The notes under the pieces were generated by a model. The model did not search any database. It saw only the letters and a list, made by a program, of their open reading frames with translations, and was not told the DNA's origin. 64,000 nucleotides of DNA from Oscillospiraceae bacterium (GTDB taxonomy: Bacteria > Bacillota > Clostridia > Oscillospirales > Acutalibacteraceae), in NCBI GenBank assembly GCA_009779995.1, contig WRDW01000003.1:2392-66391 (forward strand), given 5' to 3'. Positions 1 through 7,755 of this stretch are shown here, one piece after another (position 1 is the stretch's first letter; every line of letters starts with the position of its first letter). The translations under genes were made by a program, and so were the position numbers.

Positions 1-1082
1 GCCTCGCCCCGGGATTTCGCGAGGCCAGAGAGCACGAGGGCGGACACGATGTCGATTGCGCCGTCAACAAAGTCACTGTCAGTCAGGGTGACACAGGGGA
101 TGCTGCCGCCCTCGCCCGCGCCTGAAAATAAAGCTTTCGCCGCGGACTGCGCCTTTTCGGCCTCCTCTTCGCCATGAATGAGCCTGGTTACTTCAAAAGC
201 CAGCTTCTCTTTCGCCTGGTTGAGGGCACTGCCGGTGAGCTTGGCATATTCGGCGATCTCCTCCAGAGGCATGAAAGTGAGCATCTTCATGCAGCTTGTC
301 ACGTCGCTGTCGGACACGTTGCGCCAGTACTGGTAGAAGTCGTAGGGGCTTGTTTTTGCCGGGTCAAGCCAGAGCGCGCCCTTCTCGGTCTTGCCCATCT
401 TCAGGCCCTCGGCGGTGAGCAGCAGATTGAACGTGAGCCCGTAGACCTCCCTGCCGTCGCGGCGGCGGCACAGCTCCACCCCGCCGATGATGTTGCTCCA
501 CTGGTCGTCCCCGCCCAGCTGCATGATCACATCGTGATTGCGATTGAGATGCAGAAAGTCGTAGCTCTGCAATATCATATAGTTCATCTCGAAGAAGCTC
601 AGGCCCCGCTCCAGCCGGGCCTTGTAGCACTCGGCGGCGAGCATTCGATTTACGGAAAAATGCACGCCGATGTCCCGCAGGAACTCGAGATAGTTCAAAT
701 CAAGGGTCCAGTCGGCGTTGTTGACCATCAGGGCCTTTCCCTCGCTGAAATCCAGCACCGCGCCCATCTGCTTTTTGAAACAGGCGATATTGCGCTCTAT
801 CTCCTCCCGGGTGAGCATCCGGCGCATGTCGGTCTTGCCGGTGGGGTCGCCGATCATGGCGGTGGCCCCGCCGAACAGAACCACCGGCACGTGCCCGGCG
901 CGCTGCAAATGGGCCATGGCCATCAGGGGGACGAAGCCCCCCACCGTGAGGCTGTCGGCCGTGGGGTCAAAGCCGATGTAGAAGCGCACCGGCGCGTTGC
1001 CCGCGAGCAGCTGCTCCACTTTGTCGAAATCCGTGCACTGGGCCACGAGATTGCGCTCTTTCAGTTCCTGAAATACGTTCAT
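1..1082 (-). CDS. tyrS: Tyrosine--tRNA ligase (C-terminal end cut by the window edge)
   Basis: Own minus-strand translation from ATG at 1082: MNVFQELKERNLVAQCTDFDKVEQLL..GFDPTADSL..QLGGDDQWSNI..GLKMGKTEKGALWL (KMGKT = KMSKS loop). Absent from the ORF track because there is no stop in the window. The + ORF 174..1304 is its antisense shadow. Confidence 0.9.
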   Translation of the reverse strand, partial: MNVFQELKERNLVAQCTDFDKVEQLLAGNAPVRFYIGFDPTADSLTVGGFVPLMAMAHLQRAGHVPVVLFGGATAMIGDPTGKTDMRRMLTREEIERNIACFKKQMGAVLDFSEGKALMVNNADWTLDLNYLEFLRDIGVHFSVNRMLAAECYKARLERGLSFFEMNYMILQSYDFLHLNRNHDVIMQLGGDDQWSNIIGGVELCRRRDGREVYGLTFNLLLTAEGLKMGKTEKGALWLDPAKTSPYDFYQYWRNVSDSDVTSCMKMLTFMPLEEIAEYAKLTGSALNQAKEKLAFEVTRLIHGEEEAEKAQSAAKALFSGAGEGGSIPCVTLTDSDFVDGAIDIVSALVLSGLAKSRGE

Positions 1083-1110
1083 CGCGAAAACTCCTCATTA
1101 TACTTATTTT

Positions 1111-1139
1111 ATTATATCGGAACGCCGGTGAATTGTCAA
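1111..1139 (-). promoter_or_regulatory. Sigma-70-type promoter proximal to tyrS
   Basis: Minus strand reads TTGACA, 17-nt spacer, TATAAT, about 30 nt upstream of the tyrS ATG. SD GAGGAG follows. Confidence 0.55.
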
Positions 1140-1178
1140 CCGGGGCCCCCGCAAAATCGAAGATTTTGTGGGGTGGGA

Positions 1179-1216
1179 AGAAAAAGAGCCCGAGAGCCGT
1201 TAATGGCTTTCGGGCT
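1179..1216 (-). terminator. Intrinsic terminator of a short transcript upstream of tyrS
   Basis: Minus strand: AGCCCGAAAGCC-auuaac-GGCUCUCGGGCU (11 of 12 bp) followed by CUUUUUCUU. Confidence 0.6.
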
Positions 1217-1347
1217 TCATCTCCGTGCGGCTCTACGCGCCGGGGAAAAGGCAGGAAAGCCGGTATCGGCAGCCCGACACAGCCTGGGTATACGCATAAT
1301 ATGACTGCGTAAACATGCGGCTCTCCTCTCGTTTTATCCAGCGTTCT
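1180..1347 (-). ncRNA. Unassigned ~170-nt promoter-to-terminator transcript (class unknown)
   Basis: Bounded by a consensus promoter (1354-1382) and a terminator (1179-1216). No convincing ORF or SD. AGAGCCGCA occurs twice. No T-box GGUGGNACC core. Confidence 0.3.
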
Positions 1348-1353
1348 ACGAAT

Positions 1354-1382
1354 AGTATACACGATTTTCCCGCGAATGTCAA
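1354..1382 (-). promoter_or_regulatory. Sigma-70-type promoter of the orphan transcript
   Basis: Minus strand: TTGACA, 17 nt, TATACT. Confidence 0.5.
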
Positions 1383-1390
1383 GAAAAAGA

Positions 1391-1419
1391 TTGATTTTTC
1401 ACCCGCAACATGCTAAAAT
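1391..1419 (+). promoter_or_regulatory. Promoter for the DUF3006-like gene
   Basis: TTGATT, 17 nt, TAAAAT. Divergent from the orphan-transcript promoter. Confidence 0.45.
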
Positions 1420-1442
1420 ATATCCTTAAGGGGGGTGCTGTT

Positions 1443-1655
1443 ATGCGATTGATCATAGACCGCTTCGAAGGCGGCCTTGCCGTGTGCGAACGGGAGGACG
1501 GCTCGCTGGAGCACATCCCCGTGGAGGCCCTGCCCGAAGGCGCGCGGGAGGGCAGCGTACTGGTGCTGCAAGATGGCGCGTGGGCGCTGGATATGCGTGA
1601 AGAAGAAGAGCGGCGGGCAAGGCTATTTGCGAAGCAGGAGGGGTTGTTTCAATGA
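1443..1655 (+). CDS. DUF3006-like small protein
   Basis: MRLIIDRFEGGLAVCEREDG.. matches the DUF3006 N-terminal pattern. Start moved to the ATG at 1443, behind SD AAGGGGGG; the ORF-track start at 1410 lies inside the promoter. Confidence 0.7.
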   Translation: MRLIIDRFEGGLAVCEREDGSLEHIPVEALPEGAREGSVLVLQDGAWALDMREEEERRARLFAKQEGLFQ

Positions 1656-1702
1656 CCCTGCGTGATTTACTGGATAAACTAAATTGAGGTGGTGAGCATG
1701 TT

Positions 1703-2026
1703 ATGATCTATACGCTGAAAGAATTGCAGGATCGTGTTCTGCCCATAGCGGAAAAATACCGCATTCCCGCCATGTATGTGTTCGGCTCCTACGCCCGTGG
1801 CGACGCGACAGAGCACAGCGACATCGACATCCTGTTCCGCAGGAAAGGCTCGGATGTACGTGGCTTCGGCATGGGCCTTCTGTACGAGGACCTGCACGCG
1901 GCGCTGCGCAAAAAAGTGGATCTGGTGACGCTGGAATCCATGGAAAATCCGGAGGAGCGCAGGCGTTCGCCCTGGTTCATTCACAATGCTGAGCAGGAAA
2001 GGGTGGCAATCTATGAAAGACAGTGA
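1703..2026 (+). CDS. mntA: MntA-type nucleotidyltransferase (antitoxin of a HepT/MntA pair)
   Basis: ..AMYVFGSYARGDATEHSDIDILF.. is the GS..(D/E)xD minimal nucleotidyltransferase motif. Overlaps the next gene. Confidence 0.8.
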   Translation: MIYTLKELQDRVLPIAEKYRIPAMYVFGSYARGDATEHSDIDILFRRKGSDVRGFGMGLLYEDLHAALRKKVDLVTLESMENPEERRRSPWFIHNAEQERVAIYERQ

Positions 2027-2393
2027 TGTGCAGCGCGTTTGGCATATGAGGCAATACTGCGAGCAAATCGAACGGGCGATAAATCGGTTCGGCCCAACAT
2101 TTGAGGCGTTCGCAGCCGACGTTGATTATCGGCATGTGATTTCCATGTGCATCATGCAGATTGGCGAGTTGAGCGGGCGGCTCTCCGAGGAATTCAAGGA
2201 CGCCAGCCGCAATCATGTGACCTGGGCGGCGCTCAAGGGTATGCGCAACTGGTTCGCGCACGACTATATTTCCATGGACATGGAGACCATCTGGGAGGCC
2301 GCAACCAAAGACGCGCCCGCTCTGCTCGCGTTTTTCAACCGGACCATCGAGGAAAGTCCCGAGGCGTTTCAGCCGCCTTGGACACAGCACTAA
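2013..2393 (+). CDS. hepT: HepT-like HEPN (DUF86) ribonuclease toxin
   Basis: RNWFAHDY is the RxxxxH HEPN motif. The start at 2013 overlaps the mntA stop by 14 nt. Confidence 0.8.
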   Translation: MKDSDVQRVWHMRQYCEQIERAINRFGPTFEAFAADVDYRHVISMCIMQIGELSGRLSEEFKDASRNHVTWAALKGMRNWFAHDYISMDMETIWEAATKDAPALLAFFNRTIEESPEAFQPPWTQH

Positions 2394-2411
2394 GAATTTG
2401 GAGGACACCAC

Positions 2412-3902
2412 ATGCATTGTTCAGATCACACCCCAGACGATACCATCCAGCAGGAGGTCGGCGAATACGAGGTGCGCCTGCGGAAATACCAGGCCATAGC
2501 CGCGCGGGACGGCGTTGTGTGCAAGGACAAGTTCCAGCGCACGCATACAATCGCAGAAGCACAGAAGCTAGCCGAAGGTGAAGAAGTCGCGCTGTGTGGA
2601 AGAATCACAGCCTTGCGCTGGTTCGGCAAGCTCGTGTTCGGGAAACTATACGACGCGGGGGGCAGCATACAGTTTTCCCTTTCGAAAAACGAGCTGGACG
2701 AGGAGGCGTTCGCGTTTGTCAAGGCGAACGCGGACGTGGGCGACTATATTGGTATAAGCGGCGCGATGTACTATACCCAAAAGGGCGAGTTCACCCTCAA
2801 GGGCAGCCGGTGCGCGATCCTGAGCAAAGCGCTGCGCCCCCTGCCCGAGAAATTTCATGGAATTACGGACGTGGACAGAAAATTCCGGCAGCGCTATCTC
2901 GATGTCATTATGAACGAAAGCACCAGAAATACCCTGGCCATGCGCATCCAAATGCTGCGCTTCATCCGGAATTTCCTGGACGAAGCGGGCTTCGTGGAAG
3001 TGGAGACGCCCATCCTGCAAAACGTGGCCAGCGGCGCGGCGGCGCGGCCCTTCGTCACCAGGCACAACGCCCTGGACACAGAATTCTACCTGCGCATCGC
3101 GCCCGAACTATTTCTCAAGCAGGTGATCGCCTGCGGCTTCGACAAAGTGTTCGAGCTGGGCAAGAACTTCCGCAACGAGGGCATGGACGCCATGCACCTG
3201 CAGGAGTTCACCATGCTGGAGTGGTACGCCTCCTACTGGGACTTCAACGATAATATTGACTTCGTCACCAAAATGATACAGGGCATTTTGATGGAGCTGC
3301 GGGGCACGCTGCAAATCGAGTACCAGGGCGAGGCTCTGGATTTCTCGCGGCTGCGGCGCGTGGACTACATCGCCGAGTTGAACAAGATACTCGAAACCGA
3401 CATTCTCTCTTACGAGAGCGCGCAGGACCTGGCCAATCACATCATTCAAAAGAATATTTTTTGTGAAGAAGATCTGAAAGATTTAAAGTCCCTGCCGGCG
3501 ATTGTGGATTTCACTTTCAAGCGCAAGCTGCGGCCATCGCTGGTGCAGCCCTGCGTGACCTTCAACTATCCGGCCTTCCTGATCCCCCTCGCGCGGCGCA
3601 ATGACCTGAACCCCAAGGCCATCGACATGTTCCAGGTGGTGGTGTGCGGCGCGGAAATCGTGAAGGCCTATTCCGAGCTCGTGGACCCCATTTTGCAGCG
3701 CGGGGCCTTCGAGGAGCAGGTGCGCAACAAGTCCACCGGGGACGACGAGGCCTTCGACCTGGACGAGAGCTTCCTGCTGGCCATGGAACACGGAATGCCG
3801 CCCATGTCCGGCCTGGGCTTCGGCATTGACCGATTTATGTCCATCGTGGCCGACCAGCCCACACTGCGCGATGTAATCTTTTTCCCGCAGATGAAGGTGT
3901 AG
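2412..3902 (+). CDS. lysS: Lysine--tRNA ligase (class II)
   Basis: OB-fold GRI..LR.FGKL.F..L.D plus a class II core (FVEVETPILQ..GAAARPF, FRNEG..HLQEFTMLEWY, GLGFGIDR). Confidence 0.93.
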   Translation: MHCSDHTPDDTIQQEVGEYEVRLRKYQAIAARDGVVCKDKFQRTHTIAEAQKLAEGEEVALCGRITALRWFGKLVFGKLYDAGGSIQFSLSKNELDEEAFAFVKANADVGDYIGISGAMYYTQKGEFTLKGSRCAILSKALRPLPEKFHGITDVDRKFRQRYLDVIMNESTRNTLAMRIQMLRFIRNFLDEAGFVEVETPILQNVASGAAARPFVTRHNALDTEFYLRIAPELFLKQVIACGFDKVFELGKNFRNEGMDAMHLQEFTMLEWYASYWDFNDNIDFVTKMIQGILMELRGTLQIEYQGEALDFSRLRRVDYIAELNKILETDILSYESAQDLANHIIQKNIFCEEDLKDLKSLPAIVDFTFKRKLRPSLVQPCVTFNYPAFLIPLARRNDLNPKAIDMFQVVVCGAEIVKAYSELVDPILQRGAFEEQVRNKSTGDDEAFDLDESFLLAMEHGMPPMSGLGFGIDRFMSIVADQPTLRDVIFFPQMKV

Positions 3903-3918
3903 GGCTATGCAGAAAAAT

Positions 3919-3943
3919 AGGGACGCAGCAGCCCTGCGTCTCT
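3919..3943. terminator. Hairpin between convergent lysS and the 3953-4618 gene
   Basis: AGGGACGCAG-cagcc-CTGCGTCTCT. A T-run lies on the minus side (CTATTTTTC) and a weak one on the plus side. Confidence 0.5.
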
Positions 3944-3952
3944 GTTAATTTA

Positions 3953-4618
3953 TCATGCGTTCAAAATCTCAAACCTAAACGCGCAGCTCCTCTCCCCCCT
4001 GGTGCTGGCCGCCGAGGAGACGATCTCCTTCAGCCGCAGCTTCACGCCCAGGGCCCTTTGGAGGTTCTGCCGGGCGTGGCCGCCGCAGCAGCCGCAGAAG
4101 GTGGGCGAGACCGCCGCCGGCTGCGGCAATTTTGCAAAAATGCCGCACACGCAACTGTATTCGCCGGCTTTTCCGTGGCTCCAGGCGACGGTCAGGGTGC
4201 CGCCGGGATTCAAGCGGCAGGGCAGCTGATACATGATGTCCGATTCGTTATAAAGCCGCACTTTGTCTTCCAGCAGCAGGCCCGCGTGCGCGCGCCCGAA
4301 CGCCATGTGCGCGGCGGCGGGCTTGCCGCTCACGCTGCAGCCCTGCTCCTGCATGATAGAAAGGCGCTGTTCCCCGGTGAGCAGCCGGTCCATCTGGCCG
4401 ATGAAGCCGACGTATTCCTCGCTCCACTGCGCGCCCTTTGACGCGGGGTCGGGGAGGACAAATTGGCTCAGGGTATCCTCGGGGATGCATTTTTTTATCA
4501 TGGTTGTCATGATGGCCCTCGCGCTTGGCATGGTCAGCGGCCCTCCTTGATTTTGATAGGCCTTCAGGCCCCTATCCACGCGGTCCCACTCGCTCATCTC
4601 CCAGCTGTCCGTCAGCAT
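3953..4618 (-). CDS. Cys-rich hypothetical protein
   Basis: 221-aa ORF with C-terminal SCVCG..FCGCCGGHARQN. Coding-like composition. Family not recognised with certainty. Confidence 0.6.
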   Translation of the reverse strand: MLTDSWEMSEWDRVDRGLKAYQNQGGPLTMPSARAIMTTMIKKCIPEDTLSQFVLPDPASKGAQWSEEYVGFIGQMDRLLTGEQRLSIMQEQGCSVSGKPAAAHMAFGRAHAGLLLEDKVRLYNESDIMYQLPCRLNPGGTLTVAWSHGKAGEYSCVCGIFAKLPQPAAVSPTFCGCCGGHARQNLQRALGVKLRLKEIVSSAASTRGERSCAFRFEILNA

Positions 4619-4640
4619 GGCATAGACGCTGTCCCAAAGG

Positions 4641-4678
4641 CAGAGTCAAGGTTTTTTTGCAGAGTCAAGGTTTTTTTG
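4641..4678. repeat. Perfect 19-bp tandem duplication
   Basis: CAGAGTCAAGGTTTTTTTG x2 in the divergent intergenic region. On the minus strand each copy carries TTGACT. Confidence 0.9.
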
Positions 4679-4686
4679 CACGGCAC

Positions 4687-4715
4687 TTGACAGCAGAGAT
4701 GGAAAAGTTTATAAT
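4687..4715 (+). promoter_or_regulatory. Consensus sigma-70 promoter
   Basis: TTGACA, 17 nt, TATAAT, 30 nt upstream of the ATG at 4745. Confidence 0.6.
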
Positions 4716-4744
4716 AGCCCATAGAGATCCAAAGGAGTGATTTC

Positions 4745-5062
4745 ATGAACAACGAAGAGAAAATCCTATCCGCGCTGGAAGCGTTAAGCGGCCGTATTGA
4801 CGCCTTTGAAGCTGGCGTAAACGCCCGCTTTGAGGGCGTAGACAACCAATTCCTCGGTATAAACCAGCGCCTGGACGGGATAGACGAGCGCCTGGACGGG
4901 ATAGACGAGCGCCTGGATAGAATCGAGGATGACATCTCGATTATCAAGGAGGAGGCCATCGTCACCAGGGGCGCTACAGACCAGTTGCTTGAGAACTGGG
5001 TTTTGCGTTTCGGCGACGATGATTTCGTTCAACTTGTAGCATTGTCTGATATTGCGGCATAG
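4745..5062 (+). CDS. Small coiled-coil protein with heptad RLDGIDE repeats
   Basis: 105 aa, ..NQRLDGIDERLDGIDERLDRIEDD.. encoded by 21-nt tandem repeats. Has its own consensus promoter. Confidence 0.6.
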   Translation: MNNEEKILSALEALSGRIDAFEAGVNARFEGVDNQFLGINQRLDGIDERLDGIDERLDRIEDDISIIKEEAIVTRGATDQLLENWVLRFGDDDFVQLVALSDIAA

Positions 5063-5099
5063 CGGTATCCCGTAGATGAAGCAGGCAGCGCAGGCCCCC

Positions 5100-6785
5100 T
5101 TACATCCTCTCCGGCGCGTCGATCTTGAACATCCGCAATAGATTCCCCAGCACATCCCTCACGCAGGCGCACAGCGAAAGCCGCGCCTGCAGGAGGGATT
5201 CCTCTTCGCCCATCACCCGGCAGGCGTTATAGAACTTGTGGAACTGCCCGGCCAGCTCCATGCAGCAGCGCGTCACCCGGGCGGGGTCGCAGGCCCGCGC
5301 GGCCTCGGCAATCTCCCCGGTCAGCGCCGCCAGCAATCGGATGAGCTCGCGCTCCTCAGTTGTGCTTAACAGGCACAGCTCTTCTTTTGTACACGCGCGC
5401 GGCTCTATGCCCTCCTCTTCAAAGCGCCTGAAAATGCTGCAAATTCTTGCGTGGGCGTATTGGCAATAATAAACAGGGTTTTTCGCCGACTGCTCCACGG
5501 CCAGGTCCAGGTCGAAATCCATGGCGGAGGCCGGGCCGCACATATTGAACAGGAAGCGCAGCGCGTCGATGGGAATGTCGTCCAGCAGGTCCTCCAGGGA
5601 GATGGACTTGCCGGTGCGCTTGCTCATGCGCACCACCTGGCCGCCCTGCACCAGCTTCACCAGCTGCGTGAGCACGAACTGCGCGCGGCCTTTCCCGAAC
5701 ATGGCGTCCAGGACAGCGCCCAAACGGATCGTGTGCCCGTGGTGGTCGCTGCCCAGCACCAAGATTGAGCGGTCGAAGCCGCGCGTCACCAGCTTGTTGT
5801 GGTGATAGGCGATGTCCGGGACAATATAGGTCGGCAGCCCGTTGGAGCGCACGACCACGAAATCCTTATCCAGGCCATATTCTGTGCCCTTGAACCATAG
5901 CGCGCCCTCGGCCTCATAGGTCTGCCCGCTCTCGCGCAATAGCTCTATCACCCGGTCAACCTCGCCGTTTTTATACAGCGTGCTCTCGTAGAACCAGGTG
6001 TCATATTTTATTCTATAGCGCTCCAGATTCACCCGAATTTGCTCCACATTCAGGGGCAGCGCGAAATCCACAAGCGCCTTACGCCGCTCCTGTTCGGGTT
6101 TGGCGAGATAACTATCGCCAAATTTCTCTGCGAACTCTTTGGCTCTTTGCGTAATATCCTCCCCATGATACCCGTCGTCCGGCAGTTCAATCTCCTCGCC
6201 GAAGTGCTGGCGGTAGCGCACGTCCAGGCTCAGGCCGAAGTTCTCGATCTGCTTGCCGCCGTCGTTGACGTAGAACTCTCTTTCGATTTCATACCCGGCG
6301 GCTTCCAACACAGTCGCGAGGCAGTCGCCCAGCGCGCCGCCCCGGGCGTTGCCCATATGCATGGGCCCGGTGGGATTGGCGGAGACGAACTCCACCAGCA
6401 CGCGCTGCCCCTCGCCTATATTTGACCGCCCATAGGCATCGCCTTTTGCCAGCACGTCAGCTACTATATCAGCAAAATACGCATCGCCATAATAGAAATT
6501 GAGGAACCCCGCCCCGGCGGCCTCGCAGCGCAGGGCATAGGTGTTTGAAAGCTCAATGTGATTCACCAGCGCCTCGGCGATTTTGCGCGGCGGCGAACGA
6601 AGTTCGCGGGCCCAGGCCATGGCCGCGTTGGAGGACAAATCCCCGTTGCGGCGGTCGGCGGGCGTCTCCAGGGTGAAGGGCCCCTGCGGCAGGGCGGGCA
6701 GCGCCCCCGCGGCAAAAGCGGCCCTCGCAGCCGCTTCAATCGCCTGTTTGATTTGCATCTGTGCCTCTTGGACAAGAAATGACAT
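5100..6785 (-). CDS. argS: Arginine--tRNA ligase
   Basis: 561 aa. SANPTGPMHMGNARG (HIGH region), MSKRTGKSI (KMSKS), DALRF anticodon-binding domain. Confidence 0.95.
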   Translation of the reverse strand: MSFLVQEAQMQIKQAIEAAARAAFAAGALPALPQGPFTLETPADRRNGDLSSNAAMAWARELRSPPRKIAEALVNHIELSNTYALRCEAAGAGFLNFYYGDAYFADIVADVLAKGDAYGRSNIGEGQRVLVEFVSANPTGPMHMGNARGGALGDCLATVLEAAGYEIEREFYVNDGGKQIENFGLSLDVRYRQHFGEEIELPDDGYHGEDITQRAKEFAEKFGDSYLAKPEQERRKALVDFALPLNVEQIRVNLERYRIKYDTWFYESTLYKNGEVDRVIELLRESGQTYEAEGALWFKGTEYGLDKDFVVVRSNGLPTYIVPDIAYHHNKLVTRGFDRSILVLGSDHHGHTIRLGAVLDAMFGKGRAQFVLTQLVKLVQGGQVVRMSKRTGKSISLEDLLDDIPIDALRFLFNMCGPASAMDFDLDLAVEQSAKNPVYYCQYAHARICSIFRRFEEEGIEPRACTKEELCLLSTTEERELIRLLAALTGEIAEAARACDPARVTRCCMELAGQFHKFYNACRVMGEEESLLQARLSLCACVRDVLGNLLRMFKIDAPERM

Positions 6786-6798
6786 GGTTGCCTCCTGC

Positions 6799-7245
6799 CT
6801 ATTCGTCTCCTAAATACTTACGCACCGTATCCCAATCGGGCTCCCATTCCTTCAGGATGAAGCTCTGGCAGCCCAATTCCAGGTGCAGCTCGTTGTCATC
6901 CCATCGGTCGCCTAACCCGGCGGCAAAATCGAACCTGCTTTTCAGCTGCTTTGTGATGTCCATGCGCTCCTGCTGATTTTTCCCAAGATACACCTCGCCG
7001 TCAGGAAAGCCCACGCTGCGCAGCCATTGCCGCGTAATATCAACATATGCGTCGGGACGGGCGCCGATGTAGACCAGCCTGTACTTTTCGGCCAGCTCCC
7101 GCATCATCTCCACGCTGCCGGCGGTCGGGGTATCTTTCATTATTTTCTTATCCGAAAAGAACCACTTATATCCCAATCGCTGCAGCGGAATCCTGTGCCG
7201 CATGTCGCAAATCGTGCCGTCCAGGAACACTAAAATTGCCTGCAT
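6799..7245 (-). CDS. HAD-like small hydrolase with degenerate motif I
   Basis: MQAILVFLDGTICD.. and ..GLGDRWDDN.. resemble HAD motifs I and IV. SD GGAAGGGGGA precedes the ATG at 7245. The rest of the 286-aa ORF is an upstream read-through. Confidence 0.6.
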   Translation of the reverse strand: MQAILVFLDGTICDMRHRIPLQRLGYKWFFSDKKIMKDTPTAGSVEMMRELAEKYRLVYIGARPDAYVDITRQWLRSVGFPDGEVYLGKNQQERMDITKQLKSRFDFAAGLGDRWDDNELHLELGCQSFILKEWEPDWDTVRKYLGDE

Positions 7246-7280
7246 ACGAATCCCCCTTCCAAGGACGTGCGGAGCACCTA

Positions 7281-7315
7281 ATTGTGCATTGTGCATTGTG
7301 CATTGTAAATTGTGC
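7281..7315. repeat. Tandem heptamer tract (ATTGTGC)x5
   Basis: attgtgc attgtgc attgtgc attgtaa attgtgc, lying between the DUF1934 stop and the HAD-like start. Confidence 0.9.
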
Positions 7316-7316
7316 C

Positions 7317-7742
7317 CTACCCCCGCGCCTGCACTTTGATCTCCATCTGGTTGCTGCTCATCAGGTCCGCGCAGAAATCCAGGGTGTAGGCCAGCTTGAT
7401 GCGCCCGCCCGCCCGGTTGATGCTGGCGTCCACCGAGCGCGCGTAGACGCCCAGGTGCATCATCCCGGCGGGGGTGTTGTAGTAGCAGTTGTGGCGCACG
7501 CCCTGCTCCAGGGTGATCTCCAGGGGGTAGGCCCCCCGGCGCGAGAGCGACACCGTGCGGTTTTGCACCCGCAGGGCGGATTCGCTCTGTTCGGGGCCGT
7601 CGGTCTCCACGTAGTCCAGCTTCCAGCCGTCCCCCAGCTCGGTGAGCACGCCGTCGCACAGGAACTCCGAGGCGTGGGTTTCGCCCTCCACCTCATGGGA
7701 GTCCCGGATCTCGATGACCACGGGCACTTTTTTCTTCGGCAT
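7317..7742 (-). CDS. DUF1934 (YwiB-like) beta-barrel protein
   Basis: 141 aa with a DUF1934-like sequence. Sits in the position near argS that is typical in Firmicutes. Confidence 0.75.
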   Translation of the reverse strand: MPKKKVPVVIEIRDSHEVEGETHASEFLCDGVLTELGDGWKLDYVETDGPEQSESALRVQNRTVSLSRRGAYPLEITLEQGVRHNCYYNTPAGMMHLGVYARSVDASINRAGGRIKLAYTLDFCADLMSSNQMEIKVQARG

Positions 7743-7755
7743 TTTGACTTCCTCC

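Noticed and set aside
174-1304. Long ORFs antisense to real genes, e.g. 174..1304(+), 15650..17779(+), 22198..23502(-), 38283..39626(-), 46574..47860(-), 34148..35734(+), 9991..11100(+).
   Set aside because: They lie exactly opposite recognisable housekeeping genes (tyrS, gyrB, M24 peptidase, rnj, xylA, PHP hydrolase, hisS). Their Arg/Gly/Ala/His/Pro-rich low-complexity translations are typical of stop-poor frames in high-GC DNA.
1083-1347. A tyrosine T-box leader for tyrS.
   Set aside because: A terminator and an AGAGAG-like string are present. But no GGUGGNACC T-box core or convincing specifier loop is visible, and a perfect independent promoter lies between the terminator and tyrS. Kept only as an unassigned transcript.
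7246-7659. The N-terminal 138 codons of the 286-aa ORF 6799..7659.
   Set aside because: This part is Arg/Gly/Pro-rich, runs through the heptamer array and overlaps the DUF1934 gene in another frame. A good SD and ATG at 7245 start the HAD-like domain.
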